Below, piece after piece: positions 19,255 through 28,787 of a stretch of 64,000 bases of DNA; within the stretch, counting starts at the first letter, position 1, and each line of letters opens with the position of its first letter. Source of the stretch: a virus; the IMG/VR virus record IMGVR_UViG_3300025684_000012; one strand, given 5' to 3'. The position numbers were made by a program, and so were the translations under genes. The notes beneath the pieces are model-generated. The model was not told where the DNA came from and did no database searches. It saw nothing but the letters and a program-made list of their open reading frames with translations.

Positions 19255-20566
19255 CCGTTAAAGTGAAGGTGGTTGGTATACCAATCAGTTTTAATACGTC
19301 GCAAAAGTTGAGATCTAACAACGCAAGCAGCTTATCCAAACCTATAGCTTCCAAAAACTCCTTAACCTTCCTGATCCACTGAGCTATCAACTCTTTTTGC
19401 CATTGAGCGAACCATTCTTTAGCCTGTCTCATGAGATCTGCAATAAGCTCTTCTCCAGACTTGACATTCTCGTTAATAGGTCCACCTATAATGTCTATAA
19501 GTTTCTTGCCGAAGATCTCTACCTGCTCAAGCTCACTGATAATATACCCAGTTACGCTGAAGTTTTTCAGGTCTTCCTCCAGCTGCTTTAATTTGTCCGT
19601 TACTTTGTCTTCAATATCCTGGGCAGCATTTTCTACTTTGTTTTCAATATTCTGCACAGCATTTTCTACGTCCGCTGCAGCATTTTCTATGTCACCTACC
19701 ACTGCTTCAATTTGGTCTTCGATCTCCTTGAGCTTCTCAAGCGCTTTCTGCTCGAGTAATTCTATCTGCTCCTGAATGAAGGTTTCGAGGTCAAAGTCTA
19801 GCAACGCTGGTAGATCGGGTAAGCCTAATTCGTCCCATATTTCTTTAAACTCTTTAATCAGCTCTGCGAACGCTTTCCATAGAGCATTATTGAGCCAATC
19901 CATTATCTCACTCTTGATATACTGCCAAGTATACTTGGCTCTCCACTCATCGCATTTCGTTTGCCATCTTCCGTTAAACAAATCAGTAAAGGGCTCAGGT
20001 AGCTCTGGGATCTTTTCAAGAATCTGTGCTTTGATTCGGTCTTGTTCTTCCTGCGTAAATATTTTAAGTAAATCTATTTCAATACCAAGTATGTTGATAT
20101 TGAAGTCTATAGGAATAAGCTCACTAATTAACTCCAGTATTTTTACTGGGATATAAATGTGGTACTCTTGTATCAACTCATCCCAACAGTCTTTAGCTTC
20201 TTTCTGCCAATTGCGGATCTTACCTTTTTCCCAATAGGGAGATAACACGTCGGCAAACATATCCATCAACTCTTCGATATCTTTTATCAGAGCGTTTATT
20301 TGTTCGACGACTTCTGCTTGAAGCTCAGCTGCCCGCTCTATCAGTTGCTGTTTAAGTTTTGCAGGTATCTGTGCTATCTGGTTGAACGCATTGGTTAGAT
20401 CAGCTTTAGTTGGTAAACTATCACAGGGCACTTGGATTTCAATCGTAAGCGCCGCAGTATCGAATCCCAGCTCGCCAAGCGTAGCTAAACCTTCAGGTGT
20501 AGTGAACTTAAACTCCGTTTGGGGGGGTTCGGGTACGATCTTCTCCACCAGATTATCACTATCCAC
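19250..20566 (-). CDS. hypothetical acidic helical protein
   Basis: 438-aa ORF between gp5 and gp25. Confidence 0.6.
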   Translation of the reverse strand: MDSDNLVEKIVPEPPQTEFKFTTPEGLATLGELGFDTAALTIEIQVPCDSLPTKADLTNAFNQIAQIPAKLKQQLIERAAELQAEVVEQINALIKDIEELMDMFADVLSPYWEKGKIRNWQKEAKDCWDELIQEYHIYIPVKILELISELIPIDFNINILGIEIDLLKIFTQEEQDRIKAQILEKIPELPEPFTDLFNGRWQTKCDEWRAKYTWQYIKSEIMDWLNNALWKAFAELIKEFKEIWDELGLPDLPALLDFDLETFIQEQIELLEQKALEKLKEIEDQIEAVVGDIENAAADVENAVQNIENKVENAAQDIEDKVTDKLKQLEEDLKNFSVTGYIISELEQVEIFGKKLIDIIGGPINENVKSGEELIADLMRQAKEWFAQWQKELIAQWIRKVKEFLEAIGLDKLLALLDLNFCDVLKLIGIPTTFTLTV

Positions 20567-20573
20567 AATTCAC

Positions 20574-21194
20574 CTATGAGTTTAATTTTATATTTTCGCT
20601 AGCGTTGATATCAACATTCTTAGCGGTTAGTGTCACATCATTAACGCAACTGATAGATGCGTTACCTTGTACTATTATAGTAACATCTCCACTAACTAAT
20701 AGAATATCATCTTTTTTTACCACCGTCACGCGTGAGCCATCAGCTCGTAATTCGTAGTAGGTTCCACTTTTATGTTGCTCACGTATACGCTCTTTATCCT
20801 TAGTATCATCATATTCCTTATAATGTCCAGATTCAGTTTCGTATACTTTATTGAGTGGATAATTATCCAACGCCTTAGAATTAGTGTCTTCCTTTTTAGG
20901 AATACAACCGAGCACAAGAGGTAACTGTGAGTTTTGACCATCTAGGAATATTCCAAATACCTGTGTACCTTTTACTATACCTAGATTCTGTCCTACGCCT
21001 TTGTGTATACCAGCCGTCACAGGAACTGTTATTTGGGCCCACGGTAAGTGTTCATCGTCAATATTATCGTATACGCCGAGCGCTTTAACCTTAACGCGAC
21101 CAATTTTCAGCGGATCCTTTTCAACATCTACAACATGACCCACAAACCAACGTACAGAGTCACCATAAAAATCAACATAAGTCTTGGGTATCAT
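20574..21194 (-). CDS. 5: baseplate hub/central spike gp5 (OB fold plus short beta-helix, no lysozyme domain)
   Basis: WFVGHVVD..DPLKIGRVKV, LPWA, VFGIFLDG, YPLNKVYETESGH..EYDDT. Confidence 0.88.
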   Translation of the reverse strand: MIPKTYVDFYGDSVRWFVGHVVDVEKDPLKIGRVKVKALGVYDNIDDEHLPWAQITVPVTAGIHKGVGQNLGIVKGTQVFGIFLDGQNSQLPLVLGCIPKKEDTNSKALDNYPLNKVYETESGHYKEYDDTKDKERIREQHKSGTYYELRADGSRVTVVKKDDILLVSGDVTIIVQGNASISCVNDVTLTAKNVDINASENIKLNS

Positions 21195-22507
21195 ACATCA
21201 CCATTTGATATTTTAACGCACGTCAAAGCTATAGTATATGCATCTCTAGAAATAGAATGCTTAGCTGAGTATATTAAGTAGTTCCCTGATTTCTTTTTGT
21301 CAAAGCGGTCAGAGCTCTTACCTTCATCATTTAAATTGGCTGGAAACATAACTTCCAGCTTATTACCTATAGTACTGTTACCCTCTATCTGTAAAAAATC
21401 GATACCGTTAACAATAATACTAAGTGGTTGTTTTCTGATTAATCCAACCATTGCTTGTTGAGTAGAATTCAATTTATATTGACCTACAGTTTCACTCTGG
21501 TTATATGAATCAAATCCCTCGAATGCTTGAGTGCTCGCTATTTGAGATATATGCCGACTCTGAATCTCGCCATACGGCGTACCGTTATCCTCGAAGTATA
21601 AACTAAACAGCGGATTCTTTTTGATTAAATCATCCTCAACCAATGTATCGGTAACATCGATCATGTTGTGTTTATGGTTAACAACTTCGTTATTGGTTAC
21701 GTCAATGAATTGATGGGTAGCACCAATAAGACCGCGGTCTATCAAACTATACAGGTTGTCGGTGTCTTTAACTTGGTAATCCATGATTATCCGTCTACGA
21801 GAAGTGTCATCGAAATTCTCGTCAGGGGAAGGTATAGCGGATTCGGTAAAGGTATACGGAGCGCCCTCGTTGATTGCTGGCTTTTCCAGCATTGTTTTAA
21901 GATCTACTAGGAATAGCTCTTCACCACCCAAATACGAATACAAGTAGAACGGGTAACCCTTCTCAGTGCTTATCTTGTTCTTAATCCAAGACATAGCGTT
22001 AAGTGGAGTAAGATTAGGAACAATCAGCTTCATTTTCTGAGGAGGTTCTGTACTAGCCTTTATAGTAGTATCTAGGAACTCAGACGCTATCTTAGCCATA
22101 ATCGTTGTTGGCTTACCGCTGTATGCCTTGTTGACGTTTTGTAGGTTAGAGCGGTAATTAACGGTCTGAGTCAAGTGCAGTGCTACTAGCTCATTAGTCT
22201 CGTTACCTTTAGCTGCCGTGATCACCTTATCGATATAGAATTGAATTTCTACAGGAACCGCTACAACAGTATTAGCCTTCAATACGATGTCTACTGTTTC
22301 AGCTCCACTGATATTGAGAGCCGATACTATATTGTCACCATCAGTGAACGAAAGAACTGCTGAGACATACGGCTTATCAATATGCTCGAAAATGTCTATA
22401 TCCGAAACAACGTTCTTTATATCTACCTGAATTGGGTTAGATGGACTCTGCAGTACTACACTCTCTATCAATATAGCGGTAGCTTTCTCAATAGCAAAAT
22501 TACCCAT
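21191..22507 (-). CDS. baseplate hub protein, gp27-like
   Basis: Between gp53 and gp5; DIFEHIDKPY, IVPNLTP, SGNYLIYSAKH. Confidence 0.7.
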   Translation of the reverse strand: MGNFAIEKATAILIESVVLQSPSNPIQVDIKNVVSDIDIFEHIDKPYVSAVLSFTDGDNIVSALNISGAETVDIVLKANTVVAVPVEIQFYIDKVITAAKGNETNELVALHLTQTVNYRSNLQNVNKAYSGKPTTIMAKIASEFLDTTIKASTEPPQKMKLIVPNLTPLNAMSWIKNKISTEKGYPFYLYSYLGGEELFLVDLKTMLEKPAINEGAPYTFTESAIPSPDENFDDTSRRRIIMDYQVKDTDNLYSLIDRGLIGATHQFIDVTNNEVVNHKHNMIDVTDTLVEDDLIKKNPLFSLYFEDNGTPYGEIQSRHISQIASTQAFEGFDSYNQSETVGQYKLNSTQQAMVGLIRKQPLSIIVNGIDFLQIEGNSTIGNKLEVMFPANLNDEGKSSDRFDKKKSGNYLIYSAKHSISRDAYTIALTCVKISNGDV

Positions 22508-23262
22508 TATGAACTCACAGCTTGGTTAAACATGGATACCACTCTATTAACCACAGCGGGTTTCAAGACGTTTATCTCCTTGAGTTTATCGTTTTCTTGT
22601 ACGTAGTATTCTAGGTTGGTTACTCTAACCTGGTTTTGACCTTCTCCGGTAAACGGTAGATAGTCAATTAACTCTCCATCTATACTATGGTAGCGTGCAG
22701 CTAGATGTTCCGGCGTAAAGTATTCCGCAGTGATAGATTCGTTTGTTTCAACGGAGGTAATTAGGTCTCCGTCTACTATATCATTCGGAGAAAAGGCAAC
22801 AGGAACATATTGCCCGTCCTGCAGCTTTCTGAGATTAGTCACCGTGATATCCCCTAACTTGAGGTTACGGTAAATTATATCCGCGCGAAGACCTGATCTA
22901 TTGCAGTGGATAGTCTCTCCTACAAGTAGCTTATCGTGAATTACATCATGAGTGTGGATAGTGTAGTCGGGAAAGTCTTTCTTTGCCTTCTGGAGAACCT
23001 CCTGTTGATTCAATGGCCATCCCTTTTCCCGCAAATTATCGTTGATCATAAACAAAACCCAATATAGGTGTGGGTCTTTATATAACTTAAAAGCCACCTG
23101 GTCTGGGCGCTCGCCCGTTATGATGTGGTACTGCTGATAAAACGCTCCATTGTTCTTAATGTCATCCATAATCTGAGCATAAGCAGCAAGATTTTGAGCG
23201 CGAGCAACCTTACCATCGCCAAATGAGTATAGAGTCTTCGGAAAGAAGCTGAAGTATGGCAT
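22507..23262 (-). CDS. 53: baseplate wedge subunit gp53
   Basis: MPYFSFFP start; GERPDQVAFKLY..PHLYWV...N....WP. Confidence 0.88.
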   Translation of the reverse strand: MPYFSFFPKTLYSFGDGKVARAQNLAAYAQIMDDIKNNGAFYQQYHIITGERPDQVAFKLYKDPHLYWVLFMINDNLREKGWPLNQQEVLQKAKKDFPDYTIHTHDVIHDKLLVGETIHCNRSGLRADIIYRNLKLGDITVTNLRKLQDGQYVPVAFSPNDIVDGDLITSVETNESITAEYFTPEHLAARYHSIDGELIDYLPFTGEGQNQVRVTNLEYYVQENDKLKEINVLKPAVVNRVVSMFNQAVSS

Positions 23263-23263
23263 A

Positions 23264-24454
23264 TTAGTATCCTTGTGAAATAGAACGACGGTCCAGCGTT
23301 TTCTCTTCAATGAAGTTTAACGTTAGATCGATTTCTACCGGCTTACCATCTTTATGGAACGCCATCGAACCCGGGTTGTAGTTGGTAGCAATGTTTTTCA
23401 AGAAGCATTTGAGGAATTTGTGCCCCACCTGAACTTCCCCCGTTTTAGTTTTATACTTAATTTGGATATCAAACAGATCTGGGAACTTGTATCCTAGTGC
23501 AACAGAAGCGCCTACGGATTCGCCACCAACGTCCACAGAGCCACTAGCATCCAGAGTCTCGGGATATGCAGCAAAGCGAAATCTCCGTATGATATCTTCT
23601 ACCACCTTGGACTCTTCTTTAGACTTAGGGATGAACTTAAACTGGAAACTAAACTCTCGTAAATTTACGCCTTTGAACGAAGAACGTTGGTTTGGATTGA
23701 TAGTTACTCCGGCAGCAATAGAAGCCCCTTCTTGGACATTACCAGCTCCAGGGACCTTACTTAGCCCTCTTATCAATGCTAGTCTCGCCAAATCTCCAGT
23801 CTTAGCGCTACCAGAGAAAGTGTCTGACACCGATTTAAACCCTTGCGTTACAGCTGTGTCAAGTGCGCTCAATAGACCTCCACCTTGACTAACCATGGTT
23901 TCACCCATAGCTGCTCCTACCACTCCCAAGCTAGGGTTGTCATACTGCAAGTTATCGTTGAACGTTAACGCTACTGGGGTATACAGAGTAATGGGATCCC
24001 CCTTGCCTATCATGCGCCGTGACGTAATAGCCTGATCTTGGCTGGGATCTTGTCCACTGATGTTAGTGTCAACATTATCGTCATCTTTCCCAGTGAACAC
24101 GTCAACTAGAGCTTCAAAGGCGTCGCCTATAGCGTCGAAGAAACCACCAGAGCTTTCCTCAGCTGCGGATGATGCCGCTGAAACGGCTTCAGTCGACGAA
24201 CTTACCCCATCTTTTAACGCCTGCGCGGTAGCCTCACCAAATGTAGGTGCCTCAATTTCATATTGACTAAACTTAATAAACCCCTGATACCTATCAACGT
24301 TTTCGATAGGGTATCTCAGTGGACCACTTAGGATATCGTCGTCACTAAGAGATCCCGTCGCCGTTTTATCCAGAATTTCTTGTTCTTGTGCAGCTGTTTC
24401 ATCAGCAACTTCTGTTGGCGGCGTGCTTGTGTTAGTTTCAGCTTCTAATGCCAT
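23264..24454 (-). CDS. 48: baseplate tail tube cap gp48
   Basis: LRYP, NP....FKGVNLREFSFQFKFIPKS..ES, CFLKNIATNYNP, DLTLNFIE. Confidence 0.85.
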   Translation of the reverse strand: MALEAETNTSTPPTEVADETAAQEQEILDKTATGSLSDDDILSGPLRYPIENVDRYQGFIKFSQYEIEAPTFGEATAQALKDGVSSSTEAVSAASSAAEESSGGFFDAIGDAFEALVDVFTGKDDDNVDTNISGQDPSQDQAITSRRMIGKGDPITLYTPVALTFNDNLQYDNPSLGVVGAAMGETMVSQGGGLLSALDTAVTQGFKSVSDTFSGSAKTGDLARLALIRGLSKVPGAGNVQEGASIAAGVTINPNQRSSFKGVNLREFSFQFKFIPKSKEESKVVEDIIRRFRFAAYPETLDASGSVDVGGESVGASVALGYKFPDLFDIQIKYKTKTGEVQVGHKFLKCFLKNIATNYNPGSMAFHKDGKPVEIDLTLNFIEEKTLDRRSISQGY

Positions 24455-24466
24455 GATAGACCTCGC

Positions 24467-24491
24467 TATAAATACTTGTTAACTATTTATA
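24467..24491. promoter_or_regulatory. opposed pair of late promoters (TATAAATA + 24467-24474, - 24484-24491)
   Basis: Two exact consensus boxes in the gap between divergent gp48 and gp4. Confidence 0.8.
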
Positions 24492-24505
24492 ATCAAAAAT
24501 AAACA

Positions 24506-25024
24506 ATGAAGACATATAAAGGTAGGTACAAGCCTAAGAACCCAGCCAAGTATGCTGGGGATGCTGATAACGTTATATATCGTTCAATGTGGGAAAGGCA
24601 TGTGTGTAAGTGGTGCGATGATAACTCCAACGTAGTCGCTTGGGCTTCCGAGGAAGTTGTTATCCCATACATTTGCCAGACAGACAAGAGACCTCATCGA
24701 TACTTTATGGACTTTGCTATAGAGTTCAGTGATGGCAAGAAGATTCTGGTAGAAGTTAAGCCATTCAAAGAAACCGTCAAGCCAGAGAATAAACAGGGCA
24801 AACGTCGCCAAACGTTACTGAGCGAGGGGTTGACTTATATTAAGAACCAGTCGAAATGGCACGCAGCGAAAGAGTATGCTCTCAATCGAGGATGGCATTT
24901 TGAGATATGGACCGAGAAAGAATTGACGGCTTTTGGTATTATGCCAAAATCCACTCAGAAGCCTAAAGGCAGAGTTGCGTTGAAGCCGATGAGAAAGTTC
25001 TCGAGAAAGAAACCTAAAAAATAG
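24506..25024 (+). CDS. 4: head completion nuclease gp4
   Basis: YKGRYKPKNPAKY.GD...IYRSMWER, WASEE, HRYFMDF, VEVKP. Confidence 0.92.
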   Translation: MKTYKGRYKPKNPAKYAGDADNVIYRSMWERHVCKWCDDNSNVVAWASEEVVIPYICQTDKRPHRYFMDFAIEFSDGKKILVEVKPFKETVKPENKQGKRRQTLLSEGLTYIKNQSKWHAAKEYALNRGWHFEIWTEKELTAFGIMPKSTQKPKGRVALKPMRKFSRKKPKK

Positions 25025-25025
25025 T

Positions 25026-25033
25026 TATAAATA
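25026..25033 (+). promoter_or_regulatory. late promoter TATAAATA
   Basis: Exact consensus upstream of gp2. Confidence 0.75.
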
Positions 25034-25062
25034 CAATTACAATTTTCAACGCGGAGACACTA

Positions 25063-25653
25063 GTGTCTAATCTTTTTAACAAGCTGGAGATAGAAGCATT
25101 CCGTGCTGGTATTACGCCGCGAACACAAGAGTCGCGTAAGTGGTTCATGAATAAAATCAAGAACATGCGTAGTATCAATCGCGAGCAGCTGATGAAGACC
25201 GATCCACTACAGCCTAAGGGCAGTGAAGTGATCGGCTCGATGTATATGTTCTTTTATGATCCTAAGCACAAAGACACTTTGCCTTATTATGATGCGTTTC
25301 CACTAGTGGTGGTTATTGGTCCAGCTGAGGGTGGGTTCCTGGGACTGAATTTGCATTATCTTCCCCCAGCGCTGAGAGCTAAGCTACTTGACGGATTAAT
25401 GGATATTACAACAGATAAGAAGTTTACTAACTCAACAAGATTCAAAGCATCTTATAAGTTGCTAGCAGCATCAGCGAAGTTAAAGTATTTCAAGCCGTGT
25501 GTTAAACATTATTTAAACACTCATGTACGAGGTCAATTTGCGCTAGTTCCTGCTCCTGAGTGGGAGATTGCTACTTTTCTGCCAACAGCAGATTTCCGCA
25601 AAGCAAATAACTTTAAAGTATACAGCGACAGCAAGAGAATGATCAATGGCTAG
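25063..25653 (+). CDS. 2: DNA end protector gp2
   Basis: YDPKHKDTLPYYDAFPLV, GFLGLNLHYL, KHYL. Confidence 0.92.
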   Translation: MSNLFNKLEIEAFRAGITPRTQESRKWFMNKIKNMRSINREQLMKTDPLQPKGSEVIGSMYMFFYDPKHKDTLPYYDAFPLVVVIGPAEGGFLGLNLHYLPPALRAKLLDGLMDITTDKKFTNSTRFKASYKLLAASAKLKYFKPCVKHYLNTHVRGQFALVPAPEWEIATFLPTADFRKANNFKVYSDSKRMING

Positions 25654-26278
25654 TATAGAACAACTAAAAACGCAGGTCAGTAGAGCAAACGGCCTAGCGA
25701 TGACTAATCAGTTTGCTGTTGAGCTACCCAACATCGGTAGATTCACTGGGCGGACACTCAACCTAATGTGTAAGAGTGTAACGCTACCAGGTAAACAGAT
25801 TACTACCAAAGATCTAACGATTGGCCTGTTCAACGAGAAGGTCGTTGATGGGTTCTTGGTAGAAGACGTCACAATGACGTTCTACGTCTTGAATGATTAT
25901 AATACCAAGTTATACTTTGATGAGTGGCGTAAGTTGATGGTGGATGAAAAGCGTGGCGAGGTTGGATACAAGAAAGATTACGCTAAAAGAGTTACCATCC
26001 ACCAGTTACGTAAGCCCGACGGGTCGGGTATCCTCGGTCAAGAGTACAGTAAGGAAATAAGCATTGGTGGTATTTTTAACATTGGATTCGACTTCTTCGC
26101 CAATGCTATATACACGGTTCAGTTGAATCAAGCGTTTCCAACATCTTTATCTTCAATTCAACTATCGAACGAACCTGATGGATTGGTTGAAATGTCAGTG
26201 CAGTTCTCATATACAAACTGGACTGTCAAGAAAGATTTATTATCAACGTTGAACCGTGGTTTGAAATTCGACATTTAA
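25646..26278 (+). CDS. tail tube initiator gp54 / gp19-like
   Basis: CKSVTLPGK, YFDEW, AFPTSLSSIQLS, VQFSY..W. Confidence 0.75.
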   Translation: MASIEQLKTQVSRANGLAMTNQFAVELPNIGRFTGRTLNLMCKSVTLPGKQITTKDLTIGLFNEKVVDGFLVEDVTMTFYVLNDYNTKLYFDEWRKLMVDEKRGEVGYKKDYAKRVTIHQLRKPDGSGILGQEYSKEISIGGIFNIGFDFFANAIYTVQLNQAFPTSLSSIQLSNEPDGLVEMSVQFSYTNWTVKKDLLSTLNRGLKFDI

Positions 26279-26293
26279 CAATAGGGTTATACA

Positions 26294-27001
26294 ATGGCAT
26301 TACCGATATTAAACTCGACACCGAGTTATGAAGTGACTATCCCTTCAACTGGACAGGCGGTAACATACCGTCCGTTTTTAGTGAAGGAACAAAAGAACTT
26401 ATTAATTGCGCTCGAGACGCAGGATCGTAAAGACTTGCTTAGAGCAATCACGCGGACTATTAGAGCGTGCGTTGAAGTTGATCTAGACGCTCACCTAACT
26501 ACATTTGACGTGGATTACTTGTTTACTATGATACGTTCCAAGTCTGTGGGCGAGACAATTGAGATTCAGTTACCGTGCTCTGAATGCAACGCGGACAACG
26601 TAACAAAGGTAGATCTTGAGGGAATAACTATTGCTAACCCAGTAGTAGATCCTACTGTACAACTGAGTCCAAGTATTACTATTAAAATGCGTTACCCAAC
26701 ATATGAAGAATTTTTGGATAATGATGCGTTGTCACAAGCAAAAACTCAAGCGGAAATTATTTTTGAGTTGATCTTGATCTGTATGGATTCTGTGCTTACT
26801 GACGAAGAGCGGATTGATTTGAAGGTTGAACCGAGAGAGGATGTTGTAGCGTTCATCGAGTCGATGACTACATCTCAATACGAGAAGATAGCATCATTCA
26901 TTAACGGTATACCATTTGTATACAAAGATATTGAATATACTTGTAGTAGCTGTGGCCATGAGAATGTGAGAACTTTAAAGGGGATGGATGATTTTTTTTA
27001 A
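26294..27001 (+). CDS. 26: baseplate hub assembly protein gp26
   Basis: MALP, YRPFLVKEQK, IRSKSVGE, MRYP, two CxxC motifs, C-terminal GMDDFF. Confidence 0.9.
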   Translation: MALPILNSTPSYEVTIPSTGQAVTYRPFLVKEQKNLLIALETQDRKDLLRAITRTIRACVEVDLDAHLTTFDVDYLFTMIRSKSVGETIEIQLPCSECNADNVTKVDLEGITIANPVVDPTVQLSPSITIKMRYPTYEEFLDNDALSQAKTQAEIIFELILICMDSVLTDEERIDLKVEPREDVVAFIESMTTSQYEKIASFINGIPFVYKDIEYTCSSCGHENVRTLKGMDDFF

Positions 27002-27183
27002 TCAACCTCTCCCATGATAACTTGGCCAATTATTATCAAGTTAATTTCCAGCTTATGAATAATTACAATTATTCGCTCGAGGAAGTTGAAATGATGATGC
27101 CTTGGGAGAGGGAGATCTATCTCACAATGTTGATAGAAGATATAAAAGAGCGAACCGAAAGGTCTAAACGAAAGGGTCAATGA
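26998..27183 (+). CDS. 51: gp51 baseplate hub assembly catalyst; no ATG before the conserved region, probably reached by -1 frameshift from gp26
   Basis: Frame reads LINLSHDNLANYYQVNFQLMNNYNYSLEEVEMMMPWEREIYLTMLIEDIKE...; absent from the ORF track. Confidence 0.85.
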   Translation, partial: LINLSHDNLANYYQVNFQLMNNYNYSLEEVEMMMPWEREIYLTMLIEDIKERTERSKRKGQ

Positions 27184-27186
27184 TAA

Positions 27187-28737
27187 ATGACAATCGCAAC
27201 ACTAGTCGAGGAGATGAGGGAGTCTAATTATATTGCTGCTGAGAATAATCACATTATCGGCAATATACACGAACACCTTCAAAGTGAGTCCTTAAAGCAG
27301 GAGCAAAACAGACTCGACGACTTAGAAGCACGGCGCGACAGCACGGAGGGCTCCGCTTACGGAGGTAGTGCTGGCTCTGCGCCTGTAGCAGGTGCTAAGC
27401 CAGAAGGAAGTATGAAGAAAGCTCTGGCTGCTGGGGTTGCGGTTGGCGCCAAAGGCGTTGGAATGGGCGTTGGACTCGCTGCGCTCGGCTTTGGCATAGG
27501 TGGTTTCTTCACCGGTCTTGCAATGGGCGATAAGCTGCAGGCAATGATCGGTACCGACATGACAGCTACTAAACAAAATATGATCACCTTAGGGGAAGCG
27601 TTTGCTGAAACCCCAGATAAAGGTCTTTTGATCATGGCCGGTATTATGACTGGCGGTGGTGCTTTAGGTGCTCTGTTTGGTGTTAAAAGCGCGGCCAAAG
27701 CAGCAATCGGCATGACTGCAATGGGTGCTGGTCTAGGAGGTTTCTTCGCTGGTCTCGCTCTTGGCGATAAAGGTATGGGTCTCCTGAAGGTAGACGGGGA
27801 ACAAATCAAGAATATGATGATCGCGATGGGCACTGGCCTAAACGCGTTTGACGATAGCGCTCTGATAGCTCTGGGTGGCTTAGCTGCTATAGGTGCTGTA
27901 CTACCCCCCTCATCAGCTGTTAAGCTACCAGCATTCGGTATTGGCCTTGCTGGATTCTTCACCGCACTTGCTGGTATAGGGGACGCTGCAGCGTTGGTGG
28001 GTATCGACGGTGAGGGTATGACTACCATGATGGTCAACCTCGCCAAAGGATTAAACCCATTATCTGCTTTAGATGGTACCAATCTACTGAAAGTCGGTGG
28101 GTCGTTGATAGCTATCGGTGCTGGTATGGCGGCGGTGTTTGGAGTAGATTGGATCAAAGGTATCGGCGATTGGGTTGGGTCATTTTTTGGCAGAAGCGAC
28201 GATGATGATATCTTCAGTAAAACCGCACGTTCCCTGGCAAAGCTCAATGGAATTGATCTAGACTACAAAAACGTTGATGCTATGAATGTAGCTGGTGACG
28301 CGTTTAATAATCTAGCTACAGGAGTAATGAATTTAAACTCCGTTAACTTCGATGACTATGAAGATCAAATGCTTAGCTTTGCTAAGAGTACAGCAAAGAC
28401 CATATATCTAATGAATGCTATGTGGGAAGGGTCTAAGATAGGGTCGGGTTGGTTTGATGGGTTACCTGAGATGGACTTTGCTCCAGGGTTAAAGGTCGGC
28501 CATATAGAAGACGTTACATCTCAGCTTAAAGGTATTAGCCAGATTGCTGGAGTTCCTCAGAACACTGTTGGACAAACTATCACTAATCAAACAAGCCAAC
28601 TCAATAACATTTCTAGCATGGTGTCCCCCATAGTAATTAGCTCACCCAGCACAACAAACGTTAGTAACGGAACGATGGCAGTGTCTTGGGGTGGTGGCAT
28701 TTCAACTATGGACTCGTTCGATCAGGGTACTAGGTAA
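27187..28737 (+). CDS. tape measure-like protein (gp29 analogue)
   Basis: Ala/Gly-rich hydrophobic repeats (GIGGFFTGLA); directly after gp26/gp51. Confidence 0.65.
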   Translation: MTIATLVEEMRESNYIAAENNHIIGNIHEHLQSESLKQEQNRLDDLEARRDSTEGSAYGGSAGSAPVAGAKPEGSMKKALAAGVAVGAKGVGMGVGLAALGFGIGGFFTGLAMGDKLQAMIGTDMTATKQNMITLGEAFAETPDKGLLIMAGIMTGGGALGALFGVKSAAKAAIGMTAMGAGLGGFFAGLALGDKGMGLLKVDGEQIKNMMIAMGTGLNAFDDSALIALGGLAAIGAVLPPSSAVKLPAFGIGLAGFFTALAGIGDAAALVGIDGEGMTTMMVNLAKGLNPLSALDGTNLLKVGGSLIAIGAGMAAVFGVDWIKGIGDWVGSFFGRSDDDDIFSKTARSLAKLNGIDLDYKNVDAMNVAGDAFNNLATGVMNLNSVNFDDYEDQMLSFAKSTAKTIYLMNAMWEGSKIGSGWFDGLPEMDFAPGLKVGHIEDVTSQLKGISQIAGVPQNTVGQTITNQTSQLNNISSMVSPIVISSPSTTNVSNGTMAVSWGGGISTMDSFDQGTR

Positions 28738-28760
28738 AAAAAAGCCACCCGAAGGTGGCT
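28736..28760 (-). terminator. rho-independent terminator with C(UUCG)G tetraloop
   Basis: AGCCACC-TTCG-GGTGGCT followed by a T-tract, downstream of gp32. Confidence 0.9.
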
Positions 28761-28787
28761 AAGGACATCTGTGGTGGACAGATCTGT

